Part shown: positions 36,412-49,500 of the stretch, piece by piece | Layout: every line of letters begins with the position of its first letter | Position numbering within the stretch: the stretch's first letter is position 1 | NCBI GenBank assembly: GCA_051362555.1 | Contig: CM120640.1 | Location: 68,488,788 to 68,552,787, forward strand | DNA from: Lingula anatina | Lineage: Eukaryota > Animalia > Brachiopoda | Direction: 5' to 3' | Length of the DNA: 64,000 nucleotides | The notes under the pieces: model-generated | Database searches by the model: none | Told to the model about the DNA's origin: nothing | Seen by the model: only the letters and a program-made list of their open reading frames with translations | Made by a program: the position numbers and the translations under genes

Positions 36412-39400
36412 ATGTCTATTCCCTATAGACAGTCGACAAAAGTAGGGAAAGGCCAATTCCCAGTTACTGTTAAAGAAGCAGATAGTACTAGGGGAGGTGA
36501 GGAATTGGAAACAGATCAAAAGAAAAGAAAGAAGGTGAAGGGAAAGAAAAGAGGACACAAACATAAACACCACTCCAATGATACAGCTGGTACACAAGTT
36601 CAGGTAAATTAAAAAAATATATGTATATATATATTGAATTACTAGTTTTACAAAGTAAATATTTTTGTCCTACATATAAATATGTATTTATTTCAGTGGA
36701 AAAAAATTACATAATTATAGATCAAAACGTGGAGATAAAAACAGCATTAATTAGTCATAGAAAAGTTTGAAAAGTAGAATGAGTGCTATATTTGCTTCTA
36801 AAAGGGGTCAGATGCTGATACAATTTATATACACATGTCTATATTTTACATTACTATATGTTTAGTAAATTTTGTAAATAAACATTATGTCTAACCACTT
36901 TAATATTAATCATATGGATTCTCATGAATTTATTCTTCGTTTCAAAACATTCGTTTGTGAGGATTTTCTTCATTTACAATACCATGTTAAATGATCTATG
37001 GATTATTCTTTTCTGACAGACTTTTAGTAAACACCGAAATGCTATTTTAGAATGATTAAACAAGACCTTTGACTTGAGTTTGAAAAAAGTTTGTCAGTAA
37101 GTTCGCTAGCCATGATTTCTGACTTTTATCTCTGAATAAAGGGTGCATTGATCTTGACGTTTTGTTGAGCATGTTTACAGTTCTTAATGGAAATGATTGA
37201 TTTTGTAAAGAAAGCAGCATTGAAATTCATCCAAATTCTTTTTCCCTTTGCTAATTTTACTATGGCAGTCAGCTGTAAAAATCATAGCAGGCATTGATTC
37301 TTTGGTAAAAGCATATCAAGTTAGATATAATAAGGTATCAAGTTTCGAAAGCAGTACAGTGTTGCTTAACCTGTTGTACATGTAGTTGCTAGGTCTGTCA
37401 TTACCAGAAGACATTACTATATCATCATATAATCAGGGGATTAAGGATTTCTATTATATGACATTCAAGACAGAAATATTCAACAAGATGCAGGGAGTGC
37501 ATACAACCCATGCTCACATTGGGAGAGCAAGTAGGAGTGTGCTTAAACAGGTTGGTTAAAAAGGTTGGAATAATTGCAGCCTTTGTCAGATTGACAGCAG
37601 GTACAAAGTTTTTTAATCTACTGGGCAGAAAACACAGGGGATTATTGTTTTGTTAATGATGTTTATGATAGTTTTGATGATTTGTTTATTATATTTTTAT
37701 TGTTGTAAATCTGTAGGGCACAAGAGACAGCAGTGCACAGTCCATACGCCAGAGAAGTTCATCGAGGTCCTCCAACCTCGAGAGAGAAGACAGTGTGATA
37801 GAGGAGGTAGACGAGGAGGAGGAGCTTGAGGAGGAAGAGATAGAAGCTGAGGAATTCATTTATGAGGATGAGGAGATGGAGGAGGAAGGAAGTTTGTCCC
37901 TATCTGACCCAGAAACTAATCTTACCAATGTAGAAATCACAGATGATAAAGGGTGGGATACAGATTTAGAATCAGAAGGTAAAGAAATGTTATTTGTTCT
38001 GATCTGTACTTCAGTTTTTTGGGGAAAGGCAGATTTATAAATACTAGTACTGCATAAATTTTTTACATAATATTTTTTCTTTCAGTGAATAACAAATTGT
38101 CAAGGAATAGTTGATGTGGAAGATAATGGGATACTCAATTAAAATAAGTATTTTGTGAAACAGCTCATCAAAATGGAAAATTGAAGTATTTAATATCAGT
38201 TTGTGCCCTAAAATTTTTTAGCTTTCTTGTCCTTTAGGCCACTGGGTTCTAAGAATCTAATGGCCCAAGACAGAAACTGTCTGGTAACATATTGAGATAT
38301 ACGTAATTTTACTGGCCCGGGTCCAGTTAAATTGGCATTTGGTGTGGGGTCATTGTTAACATTGTGTACTAAAGTACTAGTTACTATAATATATTGGGAC
38401 AAGCAAAAATTTCTGTTACTAGAGATGATAGAATTAATTGATTGCAACTATTAATAACAGTAAAATAAATGTGGTAGGTTATCCACTTTTTACGAAAATT
38501 CTGCATGATCCTAGCAAATGTTTATATATTTTGGATGACCAGATTAATTTTCTTGAACTGAAATCACGGCTCTACCCACAGGCAATATAATATATTGATT
38601 TATAAATAGGAGCCTTATTCTAGTTTCAGTTGTTTAAACATTCAGCTTGTAGAACTTATCGATCCTGATGAGATTAGTTTTTGTTCTAAAAGAAAGGACA
38701 TTGTTATTCCTCTGGCACAAAGCAAAAGAGAGACCTTTGTTATTGATCTTTTTGTTATCTCAGCAGGAATCAGAGCAGACAACCTGAGGTAAAACAAGCT
38801 CTTCTTCTGAAATCTTCAGCTGATTCTTATTTTAAAGTGTGTTTTATTTGCCTAAATACTTATGGCGGCCTCTTTTTTTTCTGTTATGGTGTGGATATTA
38901 TATTACGCATTTTAAGTAAACCCAGATTATTTTAATCTTATGGCTTATATGAATTAAAGCAGCATGCCAAGTCAAAATAAATATGATTTTGTTGTGTCAT
39001 TGTATTGAATTAGAAATGGAAACTCTGTTTTGTGTGTTCAGTTATTTTGCAAGTCAAACATTTAATTGTGCCTTAGGTAAAGTCTCTCCATTAGCATATT
39101 ATATTATTGCTGAGTGAAAACTGTTTACACACATACAAAGCTGGGGACTTGGACTGTTTGGGTTTCTTCTTTACTGCTCTCTCCTGCCACTGTATTGTGG
39201 GCTTCACACTCGAGTTAAGAGATCATTTAAGTACCTGCAGAGTTACACACTGTTTGCCAAACCTTGCAGTGAAGTTATTTTCCTATTGACGGCAACACCC
39301 AAGTATCATTGTATTCATTTTTTTCAGTGTGGATAAGTGTTTCACACATTTTTGAAGTACATGTATATTGTTACTTGATCTGTAGATTTCATGGCTATTC

Positions 39401-39911
39401 CCCATGTATCAAAAATTTGAATCCCTGATGACAAAATGAGTACTGGGTAAATATGAAATTAAAGAATTTAAGAATGAAAAATTTTAATTCTTTCATGTGT
39501 ATTGTTCATTAAAAAAAAAAGATTCTAGATATTATAATATATTAATATATATCATTGGTTATTTTTTCAGATGGAAATAGAAATTATGATAATACAGGAA
39601 AAGCGACCTACATGGAGGCCTGCAAAAAAGGGGGAGTAGTTCCTGTGACATATTTCATCAAGCACATGAATGATAGCAATCTACAGCTTAGACATCATGG
39701 ACTAGGTCCCATGGGAACTAAAGCAGTGTCTGTGGCTTTAGTGGTAAGAACTTTTGTACACACATCAAATATTATGATGCTGATAATTAATTATTTAATG
39801 GCTTTCTAATGTGCGTCACATGCATCTCATTGGCTTCATAGAAAATATTTTATTTTATTCGGTTTTATTATTTTATCATAATCATTGTCATTATCACCAT
39901 TATTATAATTG

Positions 39912-39965
<54 letters not shown>

Positions 39966-42900
39966 GTTGTAGTAGTTATTAATATTAACAAAACAGAATT
40001 GACACTTTTTGTCTGATTTTATAAATGAATAAGTTAAACTTAAAACTTCACTGGATGCATAATAACAGGCTAAATAAGATTTGCTGGATTCTCTCATTAT
40101 AAAAAAAACTAAAGAGAGTGTATTCTATTGAGCAGAGTAACACTAATGTACTGAAGTTAGACCTCAGTGACAACTGGCTTGGGCCTTCTGGTGGACATTC
40201 AGTGTGTGAGATGCTTAAAGAAAACTGTTATATTACAGAACTGGTAAGTATACACTTTTCTGTCAATATTTTTGGACTGATGTTAATTATAATAATTATG
40301 AGAATTCAGGAATTTTATGAAAAAATAAAGTGAACTCCAACATGCACATTGAGCTTTCTTTAAATAAATTAACTTCAATTTTGGCGTTAAATTCACCATT
40401 ATTTTCCTTTTTCAGAATCTTTCAGATAACAAACTTGGGACTGAATCTGCCAAAGATCTGTCAGACATTATACAGAATAGCAATACACTCACTCATATAA
40501 CACTCTCAGGTAATGAAAAAATTTGAATACGCTGTGTGCTGAAGTAGGCACATGTTCAGGGTAGTAATATTTGTTGATCCTGTTTAGTATTTTATAGTTC
40601 AGATTTGATCTCATATAATTTAACTTGCACAGCATCATTTAAAAACCAAGATGAATAATTAGTATTATGCAGTGATTTATCATAGAAATGATAGATTTTT
40701 GTTCATTTCACAAGTACAACACCAAACATACAGTTTTTTTTAAACATCTTTTATTCCTCCTCTCTGTACAGGGAATGACTTGGATGACAAGGCAGCTGAA
40801 CACATTGCAGAAGCAATAATGGTGAGAAAAACAAATCATTTGTAAGACAAAATTATTAAAACTTAATAATGAAACCACTTACTGAGCAACAATTGTCTTT
40901 CAAACAAAATGGAATGTATAGCATCAGGTTCTCCCTTCTTCTTTAATCTACATTATCATTTTTAAAAATATTCCTTTTACATTTGATTTTCAGAATACGC
41001 AAAAATTAGAATTTTTAGATCTAAGTCAGAATAAGCTTGGTGAGGTGGGTGGAGTGTTATTGGGTCCAGCCATATCTGAAAACAGTTCTATCAAAGAGAT
41101 GAATCTGAGCTGGAACTGCATCAGAGCCAAAGGAGCAGTAGCTGTGGCACAAGGGATTAAGGTAGTTTACTTTTAATTATTACTTTGTAAAGTATTGTCA
41201 GGATTTTTAAGGGATTTTAAAATTCAAGTAAATATTATTACTATAAAAAACCCAGTTTGATTATTTATATCTTCATAAAGTTTCATGAATAACTACAATA
41301 TGATTTCAAGTCAATTATCTGTAACTGATGATGAGCAGTACAGATGTATGACATAAAAATGCCATGTTGAAAATTTCTTGATTTCATTAAAAATGATTTT
41401 GAGGTCATGCAGAGAACTCCATAATTCCAAAATGTGGCTATAAAGTTTTTGGAGGATGTTTTTCAAAAGAAATTGTCCACATTTTTTTTTTATTCATTTA
41501 TTTTAGAAAATTTGAAGTTAGCACTGTGTAAAAAGGAAAAAGCACAAAAATGAATTTTGATTTCAAATATTGACTAACTTTTGTTTATAACATGTTATGT
41601 GGTAAGACATCAAATTTTGATTAAACACATTTGGCAACCATGACAGTAATAAAATTTTTAATACTCTCTATGCTTTTCATTGAATTTCAGAATAATGTGT
41701 TTATGAAGAAGATTAATCTTGATTGGAATGGGTTTGGGAACGAGGGTGCCATAGCTCTGGGAGATGCTTTGAAAGGAAACTCAGTACTTGAGGAGCTTGA
41801 TATCTCGTAAGTATCCTTGCAAATTATAATAGCACATCATGCTTCCATTTTTTTTACAGTTCCTGACTTCCATGACAGTTATTATTACTTATTCTGTTTT
41901 AAAAGTTTTTATTTAATTGGTGAGGATGTCTTGCCTTATTTTTGAAAAAAAAAGTAACTCAAGTGTCATTATACTAGCATTAAAGTTGGTAATGTTATTT
42001 ACTACGGGGGTACATGCAGTTGTAAAAAGGCATCATAATGTGATAATAACTTGTGCACCTACCGATTTTACAGTCTTTTCTAACAGGATCACTAACTGTT
42101 ATTTATAAAGATGATAAAAATGATAGTAAAATTAAATATAGACTGCTACATTTTCAGGAATAACCGTATCAATACAGAAGGTGCTGTTTTATTTGGGAAG
42201 GGGTTAATGGTGAATGAATCACTTAAAGTGCTGAAGGTGAGTGGTGAGGTGAAGAGTAAGAGAGAGCTTTTTCTTGTATTTGTCAATGTGCAGATTAGAA
42301 GGACTGTCACCCAGTGTAGGGTATTATGTAATGTCTTCTGTATATTCCTTTACAGTCATGGTTGGTCTGAGGTATGCATTCCTGTGGTCTATGCCTTAAG
42401 CAGCTTGTGGAGGTACCCCCCACCCCCTCTTCTTTTTTTATTCCCACAATGAGCTGCAGCTCTGCAGTTTTTGGGTTGTCTTGGACCAGGTTTCAGGTAA
42501 AAGGAATTTCAAAGTTGATACATTTCCTTTTTTTGTTACAGATTGGGATGAATCCTATGCAAAGTGCTGGTTGTTTTGCAATTCTCACAGCAGTTCTAAA
42601 AAACCCCAACAATATTCTCCACACTTTGGATTTTTCGGTAGGTGTTTTGCACTTTCCTCTTATTTTCTGACATAAAAATTGTTTATAAATACTAATTAAA
42701 GAATTGTTAATATGATGATGTTTTTCATAAGAACAAACCAAGAAGTGAATTCTATTTTTTTTTTCATGGCTGGTCTAACATGTTCATAATGCTATTAAGG
42801 AATCAACATATGTATATAAATTGGCATTTAATTGATTTATGGTAAAAATTAAACTTAAATAGTTATGCATCTGTAGCTTTTTTATCATGAAATTATTTGG

Positions 42901-43962
42901 AGAAAAAAATGTAGCAATAATGTTTGTTTATAATGTTCAAATTTTACGGTAATAATCATTTCAGCGTATCCTAGTCAACACAGACTTCCTGGATCTGTTA
43001 AAACAAGTCCAAGAAACATTCCCAGAACTGAAGTGCCACCATGGAGGCATGGAGATTTTTGAGATGCCCGAGATCAAAGTTCATCCCATGGTGAAGATTG
43101 ATCGGTTCTTGGAAGAGCAGAACTTGCGCCTGATTGACTTCTTCTGCCGTTTTGATGAGGATCACAGTATGAGTGTTACCCATGAAGAGTTTGCTCAAGG
43201 AATGAGGGTAAACCAGTTTGATTATCACTATTAACAGTATTCTTAATATGTTAAATCACTTCTAATCATATTTTTAAAAATTTGTATATACATATAATTA
43301 TTATGATAATCTTGAAGACTTTTGTTGCCAGTTTTACATAAACGGGGTAGTGGCTGGATCATTTCAATCAGGAAAATTATTAATTTTACAGGTACTGTAT
43401 TTTTTTAAGAAATAAATTCTTAAATTTAGAGCATTCCTATTGAGTGGTAGCTACACAAGTTCTATTTTATGGTAAAGAACAAATGATAATTTTTCCCAGT
43501 TGAATTTATCGAGCCATTACTGTAATGTAATTCTGCCAATAGCCTTGTGTGACACCATATTTAATTCCCCAATTCAGGACAGTGGCATAAACATGACAGA
43601 GGATGATATCCAGCTGCTGTTAGGAGAGCTAGACAGGGATGGGGACGGGGAGGTCAATTACAGGTACTACAATACTTGATATCAAATAGTTGGAATAATG
43701 CTTCTGAACCTCTTGGCCCAATTACTTTTTTTATGTGAACTGACATAAGACCCATTGCAATACCCTCCAGATTAGAAGAAAACTTATCATCACAAAATCT
43801 GTGCAACTTATTGAAGTAAATAACTGCCTTTTAATTTTTTCACAAATTTGTCTTTTCAGTGAACTTGTTGTTGGCTTCAAGAAATTTATTGAAGACAGGA
43901 AAAAATTAGCTGGCGTCATCAAGCAAATGAAAGCACAAACAGATGCAAAATATAAATATTAA
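36412..43962 (+). CDS. LRRC74: Leucine-rich repeat protein 74A/B-like with C-terminal EF-hands; start codon uncertain
   Basis: Basic and acidic N-terminal exons (36412-36603, 37717-37978, WDTDLE). Then [49 protein letters not shown], RI-like LRRs (LSWNCIRAKGA, LDWNGFGNEGA, ISNNRINTEGA), and EF-hands FDEDHSMSVTHEEF and LDRDGDGEVNYSEL. Stop TAA at 43960-43962. Confidence 0.85.
39915..39964. repeat. (ATT)n microsatellite
   Basis: Perfect trinucleotide run. Confidence 0.95.
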
Positions 43963-46530
43963 TGACTAGATGTATTTAAAATATTGTATATTTCTGTGTA
44001 TGAAGATTATCAGTCAAATATGTATAGTTATAATGCAGACTTATTAAAGTCATTGTACTTGAGGCCAACCACTGTCATTTTCAATGCTTTCAAGAATTAA
44101 AAGTAAGACAATTCATAGGAAAAAAGAAAAAAAAGACTAAACATCTTATTTGTATCAGATGGTAAAAGATTTGAATAGTTTATGTCAAAATTGTATAAGG
44201 GTAAAAATTTACTCCCATTAAAGTTTTAAAATTATTATTTATACGCCATAAACCATGACATCTTAAAAGCATTTCACTGTAGGGAATTGTATTTGAAGAC
44301 AATCATGTTAGTATATCATTGTTTGTGTTTTAATGGTTGTTTGTGAAACAGAAATCAAAGCTGTCGTAATGGGCTTATATACAGTGCCACCCATTATATG
44401 CCAAAACCCTAAACATAATGCAGTAATTTAACTCTGCATGCAAAATAATGGCCACTATTATGTATTTCTCTTACTTCAGACTTTCATTTATTAGTATGTG
44501 ATGAATTGTGTTTGAAAGATGTATATTGCCATACAAAAATACATTGCAATGTTTGTACAGTATACATAACACCCATTGGTCATGTGTAGATTTATGCAAT
44601 TCAGTGTACTTAAATGCCTGAAACAAACATTGTATAAACTAGAATTCACAAAAAGGCAGCTTTTTCAGACAAATATTGTTGGCATGGCATAGTTTTCTAT
44701 TGCTTAATTTTTCGTAATGGATTACTTTTGTTTGTAAAATATTTTTGTAGGTGCTGTTTTGTTTAAGTCGCAATGTTTGTGCTGGTTGTCCCCAGAGGTA
44801 TTAAGGCAAACTTTGGTTATATATTATTTAGAATGCCACCTTGCCAAGAGAATGTGTGCAAATTCTAGACCACCTTTTCAATCAAACTTTTTTCTATATT
44901 TTTTCTTTTCTTTAATTCACTAAATTATATAATGGAGTTGTTTCTGTTTTGATTATAAACAAATCACAGTATTTCACAGATTTTGAATGCTTACAACAGA
45001 AACGTTTGGGATACGTGACACTGTAGTGACAAAATCACTGTTCACAATAAAATATATTTTGTAGCAAACATTTTAATTTGCCTTTGTGCTTATAATTTTA
45101 GGAAGTTTATCCATAGCAAACATCACTTGACAAACAACATTTCTAGTTCAGCAAAGTTGTACCTATCTATGCAATTTTGGAGTTTATTAAAAAATAGGAA
45201 TTTTTAAAACAAATTTACTGACAATAACATAATATTACTTCAGATCATTTTATTCACATGTAAGTACTTATCAGTTGTAATATCAATTCACTTCATCTGA
45301 AATGGAAATGGGGCATATAATTGTAATATGACCATGAACAATTACTAATACATAGAAGTCAGTGATATATGCCATAACAGATGAGCTAGCTATACAATAA
45401 CAATGATGAAAATGCTAAACTGTCAACATGTGCATTTACAGAGAAAATATGCATAAAATAATACTAATGATGAAAATAATGAAATGCTAAGATAACAATG
45501 AAGCAGTCAAAAATATAATTCTGTAAAAACTTTTCAAATTTATAAAGACTCCACTGTAACTGCAACACGTGCAGTAATTACAGGTTAGAGTAGATCATAG
45601 TGAGATGTGTTCATTGTGTCACATGACACACAGGTATCAAGTTCAACTCCCGTCTTCACATTTTCAGTTCAGCGACACGGGTCTCCCTGGAGCCTATTGT
45701 TTTATGTTTAAATCAGGTTAATTCAGCTTTAGTTCACATCAGTGTCAGTTTCTATCAGTTTTCAAGTTTTTTTCTGCGGCGAAATACAAGATATCCACTC
45801 CAAGAAAGTTTTCCAGTTTTTGACAGCAAAATCCACAAATCTACTATATAACTTGTTTTATGATTCGAGATCTTGGAATCCTCACGACTTCCTTTGAGTC
45901 TTAAGATATATATACTGCACATGCCTTTTTTTAACAAAAAGCTTTACAAATATTAAATAGCTCAAAAAATATATATATATATATAATAAACGTAATAAAG
46001 TATTCTTTTTAACTATTTTTTATTTAATTTCTCTATTGTCATTTAATGATATTTATTTCTCTCTCAATACAGTAGTATGGACTGCATCTTTAGATCACTA
46101 CTGTGAATACCTTATTCACATTGATAGGTCTATGCTACCTACAAGCACCAGCATAAGACAAATTAGCTACATAGGAAATACAATTGACTTTTTGACAGCC
46201 TCTGCCTACTTGATGACATCTCAAAATTCGAGATAATGGATAAGGATGTTAGTTATGAAAGAGAACGTAAGTGTGAAAGTGGGACTTAAAAAAAACCCTG
46301 TGGTGGCACACATTGTCGAAATTGTAAAAAGGGAGCAGTATAGAAGGATGTATATCTTTGTTCACTGATATAACGCAAGATGAAATTGCCAGAGAACTTT
46401 GAAATGCCAATCAGTGTACTGAAATATTATTGCCTTGACTCGAAACACTCATCGCACATTTATTATGGATAATAAAATATATAATCAGCAGAATAAACAG
46501 CATTTTTTTTCTTATCAGACAGACACAATT

Positions 46531-49500
46531 TCACATGGAAACCTTCTTTGAAGTGTGTTTCAGCTTTATTTTCTTTTTTGTCTCTTCCTGTTCTTGACAC
46601 TCTGGTAATTTTCTTTTTTTCATTTGGTATCTTTTGGGACAATCCTTCCTCTTGTGGCCAGTGTCTCCACATAAATGGCAGCCTTAAAAGAACAGCATAT
46701 AAGAGAATTTAAAAAATCAATTCCCTTGGTAATGAGAACTCAATCATCATATTTAATTCTTATATGTTTTTCTTAGATATTCAAATTCTTAAAACAAGTG
46801 CAAGGCATTCAAAATAAAAAATATCCAGTATTAGGATAGTGTATATACCCAGAAGCCCTTGGGCTACCAGGTCAAGCCTAGGAATATATTAGAGCGCATT
46901 CTCAACGAATTAAGCCAGGCTTTACAAAGCCGGTGACCTAAAAATGGCGGACGTACATGAAAGAAAAAACCGCCTAATCTTTTAATAGTCTCTCCGCCTC
47001 TCACACGCCTCCCCATACGTTGTCCCTGCGGGGTACAGTAATTAAATCTCGGCTCCGAACATTAATATTTCCGTGAATATCCCTGGTGATATTATCTCTG
47101 TAGATAGTCGATTCATTGCTGCTCTACGGGCCAAAGTATTCTTTTTCGTCTCTGTTTTCAAAGATAATAGAACAGAAGAGCTTTTTTCCTTCGATCGCCT
47201 TCAGCCGCCATGCTTTCTTCACCACGAGTTTAACTGATGAGCATGCGCACTTAATATTTCTCAGGTAGCTTCCGCATGGCGAACGGAGACGCGATTTAAT
47301 TACTGTACCCCGCAGGGATGACGTGTGGGGAGGCGGAGAGACTATTAAAAGATTAGGCGGTTTTTCTTTCATGTACGTCTGCCATTTTTAGGTCACCGGC
47401 TTTGTAAAGCCTGGCTTAATTCGTTGAGAATGCGCTCTTACATTAAGAAAAAAACAATGGACAGCAGCTTAAATCTACTGTATTTTACTTTGCTGCCTTC
47501 AATTCAACTTGCACTTAGCAAGGTGAATATTGCAGGCTGTACACTGTCTATCATATAGAATAAAAGTTGTTTCTGACATTTATTTCCATTCAAAAACCTT
47601 TAGAATACCTTTAGAAGACAGTGAACACTGGTGTTCAGGAAGATGGCACCTATCACAGGAACTGCAGTGACTGTAGGAGGGCTTGACGCAGCGCATGCAA
47701 ATATCACAGTGAATGTATGTTCTACCATCCTATGTAGGACAAAAAATGGTTTGTTATTAAATAAATGATTCATGAACATCTTTTTTTTCTCAATGAAAAT
47801 AGAAGAAATATATCACACAGGTTGCAAAATAAAAAAAAAATTTAAAAACATTTCAATTAGTAAAATGCAAATAATTAGTAACAAATACATAAAGGATCTC
47901 ATCCATTTTACTTGTATCTCTTTATAATGTACATTGCATAACACTATATTTATTTTCTCCCTTATTCACTATCATTACTATTATTCTGTATGTATAATAC
48001 ATAGTACTTACAGTCTTTAAATCTAAAAACATTTCTGTGCTTATTATTGTTATTATTATTATTATTATTATTATCAGTTTTGGTGTTACTGAACCTTATA
48101 ATTTTAAATGTTAAAATTTGTTTAAAAACATGCCTATAAACAATTCACATGCATGTCCATAAAAAAAGAATATTCAATGTTAAATATAATGATTGGTAAA
48201 AAACTTAAAACACCAAGTAGCCAAATGTTAAACGATACTATAAATAACTGCTAAACAAAGTCATATTCTTGCTTACCTTTGATGTACAGCTATTACATAT
48301 GGTACAGTGCTTATTTTCTTCACCTACATACCTTTGGCACAATTTGCAGAAACTAGAAGAATAAACAATTTGGTATTAATACCTCTCTAATGAGGAGATG
48401 ACAGCAGTATGCTTCTGACAAATCTGCAATACTGGAAATTTTCACAATCAATCATCAATATAAATAAACACTTTTGTGTTTTTGAAAAGTTTGTGCTCAA
48501 ACTGCATTTGTAAACTTAATTCAACAATCACTATTAGCAAAAGTGTACAATATTCAACTTGGTTAACTGTGTAAAAGACATCTGAAAATACTGACCCCTG
48601 AGTTGAATATTGCTCACATTAGGGTTGACATGACATACCTGTAACCTTCATCTTTTGGCAACTGTATTCTTGAAGGGTTAATGTTGGTGAAAATCCGAAC
48701 TGGCGAACCATGTTTCCTACCTGTTGGTCCTTCGTGGAATTTATCATGATTTTCATAGTCAACCTTCAGTAGAAAATAATAATAAAAATTTGTATGTGTA
48801 TCTTTAATACTGAGCAGTTTCTAGTATTTAACACAAAATAAAATTAGATTTTAAATACAAATACTTAAGACATAATAAGTTTCTGTTTGAAAACACTGCA
48901 TGAAAACATTAAACTTCCATGAAAATACAAACCAATGGAAAACTAAAGGTGAGAAAAATACAGGGGAACTTGTAGAAAAAAGTTATATTGCCAAAATTAA
49001 TCTTTGCATTCAATAGTCCAAAAATACAGTGGAACTTGCAGAAAAAATTATATTGGAAATTTTGATCTTTGCATTAATCAGTACTTGGTAAAGTTGTATA
49101 TACTGAGTATACCTTGTAGTCCAACATTGTGAAAGATGGCAGCGATTCCAATATCCTGGGCTCTAGGAAGTATGGAAAAAACAACAACACAGGAAGCTCT
49201 TCCTTGGCTAAAATCAAATTATAAGATAATAAACATGCAATACAACCAGCAAAACAGGTTAACAACTCATAAAATTTTTACATTACAAAAATGTTTTTTA
49301 TCACTAAAGAAATCAATTAATATAAAAATGACAAAATGGTGCTGACCTCCAGTTACTTCCTGCCACTCCTTGGTAATCAAACCTAAAGTATGTGCCAGAA
49401 CTTCAACTCGGCCACCAAATGGGGGATCAGATACAACGACTAACTGAAAATAAATGAATTTCACTCATGCATTATAGTTCTGGTCACTGTAATGCTTTAA

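Noticed and set aside
38200-38420. Possible MITE remnant in an LRRC74 intron (cttgtcc / ggacaag)
   Set aside because: The inverted match is too short and degenerate to call.
38764-38788. Candidate LRRC74 mini-exon (cag|cag..gag|gtaaaa)
   Set aside because: Lengths of 25 or 22 nt break the frame, and the flanking exons already join in phase 1.
41808-41820. U12-type donor-like GTATCCTT in LRRC74
   Set aside because: It lies 4 nt inside a perfect U2 donor (gtaagt). Using it would introduce TAA, and no U12 branch consensus was seen downstream.
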